Origin: Squalus acanthias
Lineage: Eukaryota
DNA: 64,000 nt
Direction: 5' to 3'
Assembly (NCBI GenBank): GCA_030390025.1
Contig: CM059433.1
Span: 7,938,001-8,002,000 of the forward strand
Both the position numbers and the translations under genes were made by a program. Below are positions 63,664-64,000 of this stretch, in pieces. Under the pieces are notes generated by a model. That model ran no database searches. It had not been told where the DNA came from and saw nothing but the letters and a program-made list of their open reading frames with translations. Within the stretch, counting starts at the first letter, position 1, and every line of letters begins with the position of its first letter.

Positions 63664-64000
63664 TTTGGATTAGTCAGGGTGTAGTGATAAGGACTGTCTT
63701 ATCTTTAACTTTCCTTCAATACAGCAATTTGTTTTTGTATTCCCCCCCTCCCCACACCTTCCAATGAAAAATGATTTACTCAGGATGTCTGCGGAGGGTT
63801 AATATAAAAGTGAAAGAATGAAAGAAAAGTTGCAACAGAAAAATAGCTCATGATGTTTTAAAAATGTTTTAAAATCTTCCTTACACTTATAGTAAAATAA
63901 GCTTTGCCAAACAGTTTTCATAAAATCTATGCCCCTTTATAAAGAACAAAATAAACCATGTTTTGGGGTGTAGACTGTAGCATTATCGTGAGGTGTCTGA

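Noticed and set aside
1..64000. Most ORFs in the track as host genes
   Set aside because: They are LINE ORF fragments, antisense shadows of them, or chance ORFs in SINEs and MITEs; many begin at non-ATG codons

Overview
Eukaryotic (vertebrate) genomic DNA, most likely from a cartilaginous fish/shark. This is inferred from Deu-domain SacSINE1-like SINEs, an HE1-like V-SINE and abundant CR1/L2 LINEs. The window is dominated by nested, mostly decayed transposons, and nearly all ORFs in the track are LINE fragments or their antisense shadows. Main structures: (1) a near-identical 4.7-kb tandem duplication (5490-10190 / 10191-14887); (2) a stack of CR1 LINEs with RT, APE endonuclease and SGNH-esterase ORF1 (7458-20885); (3) a ~3.9-kb PIF/Harbinger-like element with a spliced 3-exon Myb/SANT gene, a second Myb/SANT remnant and a probable deleted transposase, plus related MITEs; (4) short palindromic Penelope-type elements of two families carrying minimal hammerhead ribozyme motifs, three of them with 11-12 bp target-site duplications; (5) a tRNA-Lys/CR1-tail chimeric retroposon; (6) two inverted copies of a ~220-bp solo LTR; (7) a possible unidentified host-gene terminal exon and 3'UTR on the minus strand (~40590-42959). 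No host gene could be named. All calls were made by eye; element boundaries are approximate unless a TSD is cited.
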